This document shows, in pieces, positions 11,417 to 24,589 of a DNA stretch of 64,000 nt. Source of the stretch: Vicugna vicugna. Lineage: Eukaryota. The notes beneath the pieces are model-generated. The model did no database searches. It had not been told where the DNA came from and saw only the letters and a list, made by a program, of their open reading frames with translations. Each line of letters opens with the position of its first letter. The first letter of the stretch is position 1. The position numbers were made by a program, and so were the translations under genes. The DNA lies in assembly GCA_013265495.1 (NCBI GenBank), contig MU061544.1, forward strand, positions 1 to 64,000, in the 5' to 3' direction.

Positions 11417-13826
11417 CAAAAAAAGAAAGGACTATAAGCATATGATCATCTCAAAATAGAGGGAGAAAAAACATTTGATACAATGCAACAACCACTTATA
11501 TTAAAAACTATTACCAAAGTGGGTATAAAGGGAACATATCTCAACATGACAAAAGGTATTTATGACAAGCCCACAGTCAGAATAATTCTCAATGGTGAAA
11601 AATTAAAAGCCTTCCCACTAAAATCTGAAACAAGAAGAGGATGCCCATTCTCACCACTTCTATTCAACACAGAATTAGATGTCCTAAACACAGCAGTCAG
11701 ACAAGAAAAATAAACGGGTTCCAAATTGGAAGGGAAGAGGTCAAACTGTCACTATATGCAGATGACATGATACTATGTATAGAAAACCCTAAACGCTCCA
11801 CACAAAAACTACTAGAGCTGATAAATGATTTCAGCATGGCAGCAGGATACAAGATTAACATACAGAAATCACTAACAATGAAATGTCAGAAAAGCAAAGT
11901 AAAAAACAAACAAACAACTTGGGAATAAACCTAAGGAGGGGAAAGATTGAAAGACTTACACCCAGAGAACTATAAAACACTGATTAAGGGAATTAAAGAT
12001 GATTTAAATAAATGGAAAGATATTCCATGCTCTTGGATTGGAAGAATTAATATCGTTAAAATGGCCATACTATCCAAAGGAATCTACAGATTAAAGTGAT
12101 CCCTATCAAATTTCCCAGGACATTTTTCACAGAACTAGAACAAAGAATCTTAAAATTTATATGGAATCACAAAAGACCCATAATCACCAAAGCAATACTG
12201 AAGAAAATGAACAAAACTGGAAGAATAACCGTCCCAGATTTCAGACAACACTAGAGAGCTACAATAATCAAAACAGCATGGTATTGGCACAAAAACAGAT
12301 ATATGGATCAATGGAACAGAATAGAGAGCCCAGAAATAAATCCACATACCTACAGTCAATCTTCAACAAAAGAGGCAAGAATATACAATGGAGAAAAGAC
12401 AGTCTCTTCAGTAAGTGCTGGTGGGAAAACTGGACAACCACATGTAAGTCAATCAAGTTAGAACACTCCCTCACACCATACACAAAAATAAACTCAAAAT
12501 GGCTTAAAGACAAACATAAGACAAGACACTATAAACCTCTTAGAAGAAATAGGCAAAACATTTTCTGACATAAATCTTAGCAATGTTCTCCTAGGGCAGT
12601 CTACCCAGACGATAGAAATAAAAACAAAAACACATGGAACCTAATTAAACTTAGAAGCTTTTGCACAGCAAAGGAAGCCATAGCAAAATGAAAAGACAAC
12701 CTACAGAATGGGAGAATATATTTGCAAATGATGCAACTGACAAGGGCTTCATTTCCAGAATATATAAACAGCTCATACAACTTAATAATAATAATAAAAA
12801 AAACCCAAACAACCCAATCCAAAAATGGGCAGAAGACCTAAACAATTCTCCAATGAAGACATACAGATGGCCAACAGGCACATGAAAAAATGCTCAATAT
12901 CGCTAATTATCAGAGAAATGCAAATCAATACTATAATGAGGTATCATCCCACACCAGTGAGAATGGCCATCATTAAAAAGTCCACAAATGGTAAATGCTG
13001 GAGACAGCGTGGATAAAGGGGAACCCTCCTACACTGCTGGTGGGAATGTAGTTTGGTACAGCCATTATGGAAAACAATACGGAAATTTCTCAAAAAACTT
13101 AAAAAAAAAAGACTTACCATATGATGCAGCAATCCCACTCCTGGGCATATATCCCGAGGAAGCCCTAATTTGAAAAGATACATGCACCCCAATGTTGAGA
13201 GCAATACTATTTACAATAGCCAAGACATGTAAGTACCCTAAATGTTCATCGACAGATGACTAGATAAAAAAGCTGTGGTATGTATGTGTGTGTGGTATAT
13301 ATATGTGGAAAATACATATATATATATACACACACACATGCGCGTGCACACGCACACACACAATGGAATACTACTCAGCCATTAAAAAGAATAAAGTCAT
13401 GCCATTTGCAGCAACATGGATGGAGCTGGAGATCATCACACTAAGGGAAGTCAGTCAGAAAGAGAAAAAAATACCATATAATTACTTATATGTGGAATCT
13501 AAAAAAAGGACAAAAATTAACTAATTTACAAATGGAGACAGACTCACAGACATAGAAAACAAACTTGTGGTTACCGAGGTGAAAGGGTGTGGGGAGGGAT
13601 AAATTGGGAGTTCAGGATTTGCAGATACTAACTACTATATATAAAATAGACAAACAACAAGGTCCTACTGTATAGCACAGGGAACTATATTCAATATCTT
13701 GTAAAAGCCTATAATGAAAAAGAATATGAAAAGATACATATATATATATCACTAAATCACTATGCTGTACACCAGAAATTAATACAACATTGTAAATCAA
13801 CTATACTTCAATAAAAAAATAAAATA
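11417..13826 (+). mobile_element. 5'-truncated lineage-specific LINE-1 (about 2.4 kb): ORF2 RT to C-terminus, 3' UTR and A-tail
   Basis: Peptides [48 protein letters not shown]; perfect 13-bp TSD aaatcactggcat at 11404-11416 and 13827-13839. Confidence 0.97.
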
Positions 13827-13839
13827 AAATCACTGGCAT

Positions 13840-14985
13840 ACCATACATACTCAATAGAGGCATTTAAAAATAAGAGAATATTGTCAACAGCTGTGTGTGA
13901 TTAAAATTTTAGATGTAACAAAATACATAAATTCACTGAAAAACACAACTTACCGAACTTGGGACAGAAAAAAATCCAACATTCTGAAGAAGAAAAAAAA
14001 GAAAGATGTATACACATATATTATCGTCTATTTCTGTTAAAAATGAATCCATATTTTAAAATACTTTTAAGAAAATGTCAGGATGAGACAGCCTCTTCAC
14101 AGCATTCTTCTAAATATTTAAGTGATCAGCAACAAATTTCATACACAAACTTTTCCAAGGTGGGGGGAGAATATGAATGAATTCTTGTTTCATGAGGCCA
14201 GAATAACCATAAATAACCAAAATCTGACCAGAATATTACAACAAAGAAATTTACAGGCCAATCTGAACATAAAAACAAAAATCTTAAAACGAGACATTAG
14301 CAAATTAAATCCAGCGATATTTTAAAAGAATTTTAAAAAAAAATTACACATCACAAACAAGTGGGCTTCATTTCAAAGAAGCAAGATTGTCTTAGCCTAA
14401 GATTAATCAATATAATTCACCACATGAACAGAATGTAGGAGAAAAATCATAAATTTTCAGATACAGGAATTTTTATAAAATTCAGTATCTGATAAAATCT
14501 GAGCAAATTAGGAAGAGAAGGGAACTTGTTTAATCTGATACAAAGTATTAAAATAACGACATCTGTAATGTCATGCTTACTTAAAAATAAAGGCTTGTCT
14601 AAAATGGAGATCCTGGAAGAGCTGTCCCATTATTTATACTGATAACTCTCACCCTGGATGGAAATTAAGGAGAGTATCACTTTGGGTAGAAAAAGAATCA
14701 CCCTATCAATAAAAATTAAAAAAACTAAATCATCCTAGAGAAATTAGAAACCTTAGAAACTTGAGCCTTTGTTATGCATAGTGCACACACACACACTGGA
14801 AAATTCAGTCATATCTTTGGAAGAAGACATGATATTGTGACCACTATTTGCCACCATAGCGAAGAACTGAGTGAACAGGCAGTGGCAAGCGGGAGGGAAA
14901 CCATCTGCACAGCTATTATATCGTTTGAATTTTACTTCTCTGTGTATCACTAAGTGCCAAAAAAAAAAAAGCCTTAACAATCCTT
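13840..14985 (+). mobile_element. Ancient LINE-1 ORF2 (pre-RT/RT start) and L1ME-like 3' end, continuation of the host element
   Basis: ttcatgaggccagaataacc, aatttacaggccaatc, ttagcaaattaaatccagc, caagtgggcttcatttc, aatataattcaccacat; later segments internally deleted, A-run at 14959-14970. Confidence 0.75.
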
Positions 14986-15189
14986 AAAAAATTAAAAATT
15001 AAATGTAAAATATTGAAAGGATGGTCACAAAACCAAGCAATGGCAGAGAAGCATGATCAAATAATAGTCTGATTTTACTTTGTGTGTGCATGTGTGCTTA
15101 AATGGATTTCTTAGAAACATCCTTTAATAGTTGGCCTGAAAGGCTCTGAGGGGTGCTGTTTTAAGCTAGCTACTGCTCATGTCTACTGG

Positions 15190-15817
15190 TGATGCAGGAA
15201 AAACGGATGTGGGGCGTGAGGAGGGCTGTGTCCCAGGCTTCGGTTGAGCCCCTGAGACATGCCCCACCAAGTGTGGGTCCTTGGCTTCGCGCAGGAAAGA
15301 GCGAGCCATGGTTGAGTAAAGGTAGATTTATTTTGAGAGATATATCGAAAGGCAAGAGAATGGCCACGAGGTATAGGGGTTGGGTGCTCAGATTAAAATT
15401 AGGCACACACTCCATAGACAGAGTGTGGGCTGTCTCCAAAGAGGGAGAGAGAGGGGGTTGCCAAGAGGCGAGGCGCAATGTTGCCAGTTTTTATCGGCTC
15501 AGTGGCTTCATGTGCTAATAAGTGGAAGGACCACTCTACGCAGCCTGGGGAAGGGGCTGGGATTCCCAGGAAGTTTGCTGTTTCCCATTCTTTGACCTTT
15601 TGTGGCTAGCCTTGGGACTGCCATGGTGTTTATGGGGATGTTATTTACCATATTAGTATATTTCAATGGGCGTATAATGAAGCTCAAGATCTGCTAGAAG
15701 TCAAATCTCCCACCAGCTTGGGCCTCAAGGCCTACTGGGGGTTGAATCTTCCACCATTATGATGTTAACTGCTCCATCATTCCTTGAATGGCTGTGCCCT
15801 GCCCCCTTCCTGTTTCA
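15190..15817 (-). mobile_element. ERV1-class solo LTR (MER41-like)
   Basis: TG...CA termini, 4-bp TSD ctgg (15186-15189, 15818-15821); homologous to the reverse complement of 29648-30302. Confidence 0.92.
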
Positions 15818-16427
15818 CTGGGAACTCTGAAAGCAAGGATACAGACTCACATACATAACCTTAGCTAACCCTAGAAAAAATATGTATGGAATGCAGCAGT
15901 TTTTAACTCCTCCATTCCACCCTTCATTAAAAAGGTAGCTGATAAACTATGTCTTTTCCCATCAATTCTTCTCTGTTTCCAGGGGCCTTGAGGCATCCTA
16001 AAAATTAGCATTAACAATTAGAATTATTGTACAAATAGTTACCAAACCCCTGCAAGTTTATACTGAGATGGCAGACTGAAAGGCGTCAGTCAGAACTTCA
16101 CAGAGCATTTCTCCGTGTTCCATGCACGTTCCCCAACCTTTCTTTTTTTCCCTTTTAGCTGAAGCTCGTCTGGTATTCTTCTTGTTGCCAATTCCCTTCT
16201 CTGTTCACCCGTAAAAGCTGTCTGAAAGTTTAAGGATAATTATAAAATATCTATAAACAAAAATATTATAAATGGACCATCTCAGGAATGAGTTTGAATG
16301 ATGATGAATTTTGGTAGATGGAAGGAAGAAAGTTCAGCTATTAGAACAGCTGCCCATGAATTCTATGATACTTCAGTTTTCATTTTTGAAACTGCTTAAT
16401 GAGGTAACAAACTTTCAAGACATTAGA

Positions 16428-17125
16428 GGATCTTCGCACACCGTTGGTGGGAATGTAAACTGGTACAGTCACCATGCAAGATAGTATAGAATATCCTCAA
16501 AAAGTTAAAAATAGGTTCCAGGGGTCCTACTTCTGGGTGTATATCCCAAAGAATTTAAGTCTAGATCAGATTCATGGCACCATTATTCACAATAGCCAAG
16601 AGGTAGAAACAACCTTAAATGTCTATCAGTGGATGAATGGGTGAAGACAATGTGGTATATAAATACAATGGACTATTACTCAACATTTCAAAAACAAGAA
16701 AATCCTACCATTTGTGACAACATGGATAGACCTAGAGGGCATTATGCTAAGTGAACTAAGACAGACACTGAAGGACAAATACTGCATGATTCTACTTACA
16801 TGAGGAATCTAAAATACACGTCACACTCACAGAAACAGAGTAGACTGATGGTTGCCAGGGGCTGGGAGGAGGGGGAAAGGGGGAGCCACTGTTTAACAGG
16901 TATAAAGTTTCAGTTATACAAGAGGAGTATGTTCTAGAGATCTGCTGTCCAGCACAGTACATATGGTGAACAGCATTGTAATGTGCACTTAAAATTTTGT
17001 CAAAAGAATATGTTTATAACTCAATCACTATGCTGTACACCAGAAACTAACAAAACATTGTAAACCAAGTATACTTTAAAAAAAAACATTTTGTTCAAAG
17101 GTTATCTCATGTTTAATGTTTGTAA
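16428..17125 (+). mobile_element. LINE-1 (L1MA/L1MB-class) 3' end
   Basis: gttggtgggaatgtaaactggtacag, ttcacaatagccaag, ttctagagatctgctgt; same 3' UTR type as 2900-3160. Confidence 0.9.
17007..17083 (+). mobile_element. Very short lineage-specific L1 3' tail nested in older L1
   Basis: aatcactatgctgtacaccagaaactaac...tatact plus A-run; degenerate TSD aaaattttgtcaaaag / aaacattttgttcaaag. Confidence 0.8.
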
Positions 17126-17744
17126 GAACACTTTCTCTGATAACAGAGCCAACAGCTGTCAGATTAAATTGGCAACTGAAAAGTCAGCAAAGGTGGCATT
17201 TCAAATTGTGAAAATCAGGAACAATAGTCCACCCCCTCCCTCCAAATTGGTGTATTTTCAAATATGAAAGTCCATTATGTTTGGCCATCAGGAATTTCAA
17301 AGTCAAAGTCAAGGTTGATGAGCCACTGCATTATAAGCCAGAAATTCCTTGAACATATCTTTTGGTACGATTATTCCTCTAGATTGCAGTTCAGGTGTTA
17401 GAAGGGGGCTGACTCCTGTCAGAAAAACAAAGAGAGAGCTTGAGCAGAAAGTCCGCAGTCTTTGCTAGTCTGTGCTAGTGGGTGTCAGCTTCACTGCAGC
17501 ATGGCAGTCGCTGAGGAAGGAAGTTTTGACCTCAAATTATTGTATTCCTAAACCTAATTATTAATATAGGAGAAAAAAGCTTTGGTAGTTATTTAATAAC
17601 CATTTCTTGTGAAGGTTTTTGAAGCTAAGGCTGTTTTATTTGTAAATTTAAACTACAACAAAAGATATCTAAGTCTTACTAAGTGCTTGCTCTGTGACAG
17701 ACACTTTTCTGAAGCCTATACGTACCTGACTTCATTCACCTGTT

Positions 17745-18445
17745 TTTTATTTTTAATCTATTTCCCCTTCAGTTTTACTGAGCTAAAACTGACATGCAGC
17801 ACTGTGTAAGTTTAATGTGTACAGAATAATGATTGGACTCACATTTGTAACCTCAGAACCAGCCCGAAACTGGCCCTATCCTGTTTCTCACAACTCAGTT
17901 GTTTTTCAGAGATAACAGAACAAAACTGCAAGTCATGCAACCAAAGCAGGCACAGAGGAGAAAACTGACCTCAAACAACACGTGGAACCCTTTCAGAAGC
18001 AAAGGGTTCATGGTCCAGGAAGATTCCACGCTGAAACCCCTTCCCCATACCTCACCATAAATGGCCAAGTTCCAAAGCCCTCCCATTGAAAGTGCTTCCA
18101 AATACCAACCCTCCTCCACTAACTCGTAAAAAGTTTGACCGAACCGCAGATCAGAGAAACAGATTGGAGCCATGCCCTCCCATCCCCTTGCCGTTCAACC
18201 CTGCACGAAAGCTTTTTCTTCTCTCAAAAGCAGGTACCTTAGCACTGGCTTCATGCACTTTGGGCAGCAAGCCCTTCACTCGGTGACACATACATCATGA
18301 AATGATTATCACAGTAAGTTTACTGACCATCATCTCATGCAGATACAAAAATATTTTTCCTTGTGATGAAAATTCTTAGGATTTACTCTCTTAACATCTT
18401 TCATATATAGCATGCAGCAAGTGTTAACTATATTTATCATGTTGT
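17745..18445 (-). mobile_element. L1MA-type 3' UTR fragment, split by an LTR
   Basis: cagttttactgag...gcactgtgtaagtttaatgtgtacag and ccttgtgatgaaaattcttaggatttactctcttaac are antisense L1MA-type 3' end segments. Confidence 0.8.
17846..18288 (+). mobile_element. ERV1-class solo LTR
   Basis: Starts tgtaacc, ends gggcagcaagcccttcactcggtgaca; flanks catt / cata; interrupts a collinear L1 fragment. Confidence 0.82.
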
Positions 18446-18722
18446 GCTTCATTAACTTTTAATAACCCATAGTAGGGACTATTAGTAGCATCATTTCACA
18501 GGGGACAAAACTGATCATAGAAGTGAGGTTACTTGCCCACAGTTACACAAGTAGTGGTAAACCAGGAATTGAATACCAATTACACACTCTCCAAACTGTA
18601 GTTTTTCTAGAATAGCACAACACTTTGCCAAATACTTTTTTCATGACCGGATGTTGCTGATTTCACTTAATTAGGTAAATTTCATTTGACATTGGGATGA
18701 AAATAAGATTAGAAGGATCAAG

Positions 18723-18844
18723 GGCATGGAGGGTTTACCTCTGCAGTAGAGAGCATGCCTAGCAGGCATGAGGTCCTGGGTTCAATCTCCAGTACTTCCA
18801 TACAATAAATAAATACATTACCTCCCCCCAAAAAATTTTTTCAA
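18723..18844 (+). mobile_element. tRNA-derived SINE (vic-1-like)
   Basis: gaggtcctgggttcaatctccagtac, tail aataaata...attacctccccc; degenerate TSD agattagaaggatcaag / ggattaaagggatcaag. Confidence 0.9.
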
Positions 18845-18909
18845 AGGATTAAAGGGATCAAGAAACACTTTTTAAAATACTGAGAATACTTTATGAAACA
18901 TATCCTAAT

Positions 18910-19088
18910 CTTCCACTGTATAAACTTGCTTGAGCTTTATTTGTATATTTATTTGTTGATTTTCTATCTTCTTCACAAATATATAAGCCTAATTAAGAGG
19001 AAAAAAACTTACCCAAAGTATCTCCATCACTTAGAACACAAACTAGTATGTGGTAACTATAAAATATGTGATGAATGACTTAATGAAG
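18910..19088 (+). mobile_element. L2 3' end
   Basis: gtatctccatcacttagaacacaa...aaatatgtgatgaatgacttaatgaa resembles the L2 terminus. Confidence 0.6.
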
Positions 19089-20687
19089 ACAACATATTTA
19101 TATTTCCTTCATTTTTTCCTTCAGAAATATCTCTTCTCCCTGTATCGATTTAGTTTTAAAATTTTTATTGAAACATAGGTGCTATACCTTCATCACATTT
19201 GATACTTTTTCCCCATTTCTACCGCAGATATTAGTATGCTATAAAAAGTGTTTTAAGTGTCATAAGCATTTCCAGAATCATAAGAAAATGTTCAGAAATG
19301 GCACATGTTATTCAAAATTGTGAACTCTTCCCTCATCTGTTTGCTTCTGTCCTCATCTGCCCTTCCAGGAGCTCCACTGAGCAATTTTCAGAGTGAAGAC
19401 CTGGAAACTGAAAAACTAATGAAAGGGAAAGGAGAAGAAAAGACACTAGACACGATAGGGGTTCTTAAGAAATTGTGAAAAACATGCAGTCCAAGCACAG
19501 AGTAGAAGCCGGTAGCAGCAAGTGGAGAGGATCAAGGTTAGGCTGTCCAGGAAACTATACGCAGGCTGTGAGGAGAGCACTAGGAGAGCTCCCTGAAAAT
19601 GGTCTTCCCATCTATGGCTACATGTATCAGTCAGCTCAATCGGATGACAATGCTACTGTAACAAAGCAGCCTGTGTCCACCTGACACTCAACAGCTATTG
19701 TAAGGGAATGGCGGTTCTTACCTTGGGACCTCTGAGGTTTTCCAGTCAGTATCTTTGTCATGATTTTTCTGTTCCCAAACAGCTAGGAGCTTGGGAGGGT
19801 GAATTAATGGCTCCAAGGCATTCAGCCGTAGGCATAAGGGAGTACCCCCCAGGCTGACCGGCCCCTGGTAGCACAGGTGTTAAGAGTTAATTTCTGGTGC
19901 CTGTAAAGCCTTCACGGGCAGGGGGACACTTTTCATGTGTCAGTAATTAGGGAAAGCCATTGCTGCAGTGATCGTGATGGCCATCTGGAGCTTCTCTGAC
20001 CTTTCTCTTCAAGTTAAGAGTCAGCAGTGGCACAGCCATTAGGCCCTTAAAAGACTTATTTTCCCCATACCTTGCTGACCACACACCTGCACTATTATTA
20101 GGCTGTTAAAAAAATCATAAGGAGTGCAGAGTGTTCTCCTGCCTTGCCTAGCAGGAACAGAATTGTAAACAGAAATGCCTGATGGGTTTCAAGGTGACAT
20201 GCCGTGTTTCTAATCATCACTCTCATGGCGCACTATTTGCTCTCAGGTAGTCACCAAAGCCATGTCATTAAAGCATTAAAGTGTCATTTCGTTATTTCAC
20301 CTTTTAGGGTCCGATTTATCTAGCAGGGTTGTTGTTTTTCTTAAACTAGTAGTTGGAAGCTCAGATCTTTGCAAGTCTCAGATAGAACAGATGGCACAGC
20401 CATATTAGCAGTGACACTATATATACACAGCAAGTGAACTAGTGCCATTATCTGGCTAAGTGGCTGTCAGCATTTCCATTACAAACCCCAGCTTTCAAGG
20501 GTCTGTAATTCAGATACTTTAAATAACATCTGGCTGAAACTTGGTGTATAGAAATGATGAACGTTGAGTAAAAATTAGTATAATTTTGTGAATGCCTGAA
20601 TACTTCTGAAAGAGTCAGCTTGATCGGTCGGGTCTTTTTTTAGCGATGCCTTCTAATTATCAGTATATTCTGAGATTCTTAGCACAT

Positions 20688-20895
20688 GTCATTCATTTAT
20701 TCAGTCAGTCATTCATTCATCAAATATTTATTTCCCGTTCCCCATGTGCCAGGCCCTTTTCTAAGTGGTGGAGATCCTCTGGAAAACAAGTGGGCAGTGT
20801 TCCCTCTCCCCATAGGGCTTTTATATTCATGAAGAAAATTAAAAATAAGCAAGTAAAATCTACAAATACGTAATCTCAAGCCAATAAGTACAGCT
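20688..20895 (-). mobile_element. L2 3' end
   Basis: cattcattcatcaaatatttattt...ccatgtgccaggccc...ctaagtg. Confidence 0.75.
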
Positions 20896-21150
20896 AGGAG
20901 TGAGACTATGTTTCATCATGTACTCTCAGTATTTTACATAGTATGTCTTGATCCTTCTAATCTTTTCATTATACTGTCAAAAAAAGGAGCAATGTTTCCT
21001 TTAATATTTATACTGTCTCAATCATAGTTAACAAAAATGAATGCACAGCACACCCCAAAAGAATTCTAGATGCCATGGTATAACAAAAATTGTCTTACCT
21101 GACATCACAAATTTTAAATGGACAAAAGATACAAAAAACATAGAAACTGA

Positions 21151-21268
21151 GGGGAGGGTAAATAGCTCAGTGGTAGAGTGCACACCTAGAATGCATGAGG
21201 TCCTGGGTTCAATCCCCAGGACTGCCATTAAAAATAAATAAATAAGCCTGATTACCTCCCCCTCAACA

Positions 21269-21299
<31 letters not shown>

Positions 21300-21310
21300 A
21301 AATAAAAAGC
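21151..21310 (+). mobile_element. tRNA-derived SINE (vic-1-like, full form) with (TAAA)n tail
   Basis: tagctcagtggtagag A-box, gggttcaatccc B-box; 15-bp TSD aacatagaaactgag at 21137-21151 and 21311-21325. Confidence 0.96.
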
Positions 21311-21382
21311 AACATAGAAACTGAGCTTTTCAAATAAATCAAGGCCATTTTAAGATAACCACTGTATGATTACTAGAGGAGG

Positions 21383-21635
21383 AAAGGGCACCCAGGTTTT
21401 GTAGGGCCGGAGGCTTATACAATTTGGGGAGTCCTCATTTATGAAAATGTATCTCCAGTCACAAGGACAAACAAGTATAAAAGTTAATCTTTAGAATGAG
21501 AAAGGGAATAAAAAATTTCACATTTACAAAAGCTCCCACGTAACACATCAAAAAACCCAGGACCTACAGAGAGGTCCCTGTAAGTGACTGTCTCAGAAGC
21601 TTTAGGTTTACCACCTTCACGGTAACTTGTCTCTG
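21383..21635 (-). mobile_element. MER96-like hAT non-autonomous element
   Basis: ccaggttttgtagggccggaggcttatacaatttgggga and gaagctttaggttt...cttcacggtaacttgtctctg match recalled MER96/MER96B ends. Confidence 0.7.
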
Positions 21636-22119
21636 AGTAGAGTATCGCCCTAAGCCAATATGGTGATTTGACACCAATCTTATAACCAAGGAATCGCAAA
21701 ACAGTTACATGCAAGTTTGAAAGAAAATAAAAGCCCTACTGAATACCAACTGAATTCTAATAAATAAGAAGCAAACATTTAACATAAAAGAAACCAGAAG
21801 AAACTACACTTTTAAACTGTCTAGTGCCTAAGTTTTTTTTTCCCCCCTTTAAAACCACACATCGTCTGAAAACTTCCATTTTCAAGGCTGGAGTACTGCT
21901 TTCTCTCTACTTGAGAAATTAAGTTCATGTAGCAAAAACTGTCAATTCCAGCAGTAGTGACTTTTGGACACACCTAAGAGAGGGCTCCTAAGGCCATGTT
22001 TCATCTTGGTGAAAAAGAACATTGTAAGATAAAGGTCACCTGCATATGACTAGTATGTGATCATGGGTAGCCCCCCAAATTTTACTTGTTAAGGAAAAGG
22101 ATGTAGAGGAAAGAGGGAA

Positions 22120-22330
22120 GGCTTGGGAGACAGATGGTTTTGAGTCAAACCTAAGTTTTCACACTTATTAGGTGAAAGTCCTGAGATAAATTAATTTCTC
22201 TCTAAATCTCAGCTGTTTTAACCTACAAAATTGCAGTAATAATATCTCCACTGTAAGGATACTTTCAAGCTTAAGTGAGATGCCTATGCCAAGAGGACCA
22301 AGCACAGAGGAGATGGTCAACAGCCGCTAC
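22120..22330 (+). mobile_element. MIR
   Basis: cacttattagg...aatttctctctaaatctcag...ctacaaaattgcagtaataata...ttaagtgagat. Confidence 0.7.
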
Positions 22331-23596
22331 CTTGGCCTCCATCCACAGTTGCAACATGTGGAGTAAACCAAAATATATATGTTGTATATATCCCAGTCTC
22401 CTTTCTGATAACTCACAAGCTTCCTTCTGTTCACAGTCTTCTTTCTGGTAGTGTCCAGTCACCAGAAGGGGATGTCTGCTGTGACACTATCTCTCAGCAC
22501 TGAATGATAATGTCTTCTAGTATAAGAGCTTCCAGTGACTTCCTCTATCTTCTTCTAGAAAAAGGGAACAGCCATCTCTGGGCATTACAGAATTATTTGT
22601 TTGTCATGCATAATATCCTGTAGGCATAACGATCACAGCTCCTATGTTCAAAGATGTCCCATTAGCCAGCCAATTATGTTGGTGATCTGTTAGTCTCCTT
22701 TACAGCCCAAATGCTCCCTGCTCTCCAATTCATATGAACCTTTAAGAACGCCATATGTTCAAATTGCTTCACTCTGGTCTTAGTCCCTTTCCTACTATTA
22801 TCCCCATCTGTGGAACTGCATGCTTTGGGGAATGGATACTTGACTTGTCGTTGCTTTTAAATCCAAGTTACTGCCTGGTTTATTTACATGTGCTTTCTTT
22901 AATTGCTTTCTCCGGGTATTTAATTTATTTCGTGTTTACTTGACTAAAAATCTTGGTTAAAACAGCCTGTTTTGAGAAAATGTGGAAAGTTTCCAAGTTG
23001 CCCATCTTACTCCTAGTTTGCACTTCTAAAGACATGACCATTTAATTCTGGTTGGCAAAACACATCCTGTCTTTGTTCCTGCATCACTGCAGAATAGTTC
23101 TCGGAGTCTACATTTCCTACAATTATCTCATCTTCCTTTTATTCATGCTGTTTAGCTTAGGTGAGGAAAAGACCTGAGTCTATTACCTAATTAAAATGTC
23201 ATTAATAATGACATCAAGTCAAGTAATAGCTGTATGACTGGTGGTGGGGGTGTTACCAAAATGATGCAATCAGTATTTTTAACATTTGAAACATTACAAG
23301 AAACCTTGAGAATATTTGATTGACTTGATGATTTTATTAATATCAGCACTGTTTCAGTATTTGCATTAAGAATGATTTTGACTGTCTCTTTAAATTGAAA
23401 CATCCATATCATATTCATATACCTCTGAAGACCTAGCTGGTGTGCTTGGTAAAGATAGAATTATCTAAATGGTCACATTGCTTTGGATCAAAATGGTACT
23501 TTCAGTAAAGGTTTTTCTGAAATCTAGCAAGAGAATTCTTTGCCATTGTTTTGCAATGGAAGAAGTTTAATAGAAGACTCTTGTCCCCTGTTTCTA

Positions 23597-23786
23597 CTTT
23601 TTTTTCCCCTTAATTGAGGTATAGTCAGTTTACAATGTGTCAATTTCTGGTGTACAGCATAATGTTTCATACATATACATACATATATTCATTTTCGTAT
23701 TTTTTCATTATAGGTTACTACAAGATATTGCATACAGTTCCCTGTGCTATAGAGAAGAAACTTGCTGTTTATTTTATATATAATAG
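23597..23786 (-). mobile_element. Lineage-specific L1 3' UTR fragment
   Basis: ttgaggtatagtcagtttacaatgtgtcaatttctggtgtacagcat...agttccctgtgctata, reverse complement of the 3' UTR at 13640-13810. Confidence 0.92.
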
Positions 23787-24589
23787 ATACATCTCAGAGA
23801 CGGCCAAGTGAACACAAAGCCCAAGATAAGGGTAATGCATCTTCTGTGAATGTTCATTCTACTTGAAATCTTGGGGAAAGAAAATCAAATAATGTAATTA
23901 AAAATAATACCTTTTAAATTAACATCTACAGATACATTACTGAATAGAATGTAAAGTCTTTTTGACTTCACATGCTACATGAAAAATATTCCAGTCTGGT
24001 GGTGAGTTTGTATGTGTAATGACCCACTGCTTCAGGGGGAACATGGCCATCCTCTGCTGTCCCTAGTGTTACCCTGGCAGAAGTGCTTTATTGAGTGTTG
24101 TATAATTTGAAGTATCATTCCATTGTCTCTCTTAGCAAAGCCTATCCAAAAGGGTTTTCCAGAGGTTAACATATTTGTCCACAAAGAAGTATCTGTTAAT
24201 TCATATCTACACACACATACACACATGCACACAATTAAGAGAACAAGTTGGAAAAACAATCCTAGATACTATACACTGCCTTTCCATAGCTTATTTCTGC
24301 CATAGATGTTTGCCAATAAAGGGCAGTGACCATGACACAGACACATGAAGGAAAAATGGCATCAATTCAGGCATTTATAATTTTTGTACCAACTTCATTT
24401 GAACCACATACTCAAGTGGAGGTGGGACTAACTCATCATCACTGTACTTATTATAAGGAAAAAGTGAATAATTGGTACCTGAACTGAGGCAATTCTGAAA
24501 TGAAATTCTGCATAGATACTTGTAAGGCACTTGGACTAGGTTAAGAGGCTGAATTCAGGTTACTAGTATTTTTTAATGAAATATTTTGT

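Larger units (their letters stand above)
17665..18600 (-). mobile_element. MIR split into two halves (about 17665-17738 and 18446-18600) by later insertions
   Basis: ttactaagtgcttgctctgtgacagacact and catttcacaggggacaaaactga...ttacttgcccacagttacacaagtagt; cttcatt repeated at both junctions. Confidence 0.7.

Noticed and set aside
11483..13524. Cluster of ORFs with reverse-transcriptase motifs (YADD) as a functional gene
   Set aside because: Frameshifted pieces of a 5'-truncated L1 ORF2; no intact reading frame
15170..15595. ORFs similar to those at 29814-30341 as a paralogous gene pair
   Set aside because: Both lie inside copies of the same LTR family
19369..19536. Plus-strand exon after a strong pyrimidine tract and AG at 19367-19368
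   Set aside because: All three frames stop by 19478 and the peptide is unrecognisable; a non-coding exon cannot be excluded without RNA data
19722..19900. Minus-strand exon ending at a good donor (AAG|GTAAGA)
   Set aside because: Weak acceptor, the frame tested contains a stop, and no partner exons were found
21151..21230. tRNA gene (also at 9418, 18723, 24660, 58486, 60978)
   Set aside because: tRNA-like heads of SINEs with A-rich tails and TSDs, diverged from one another
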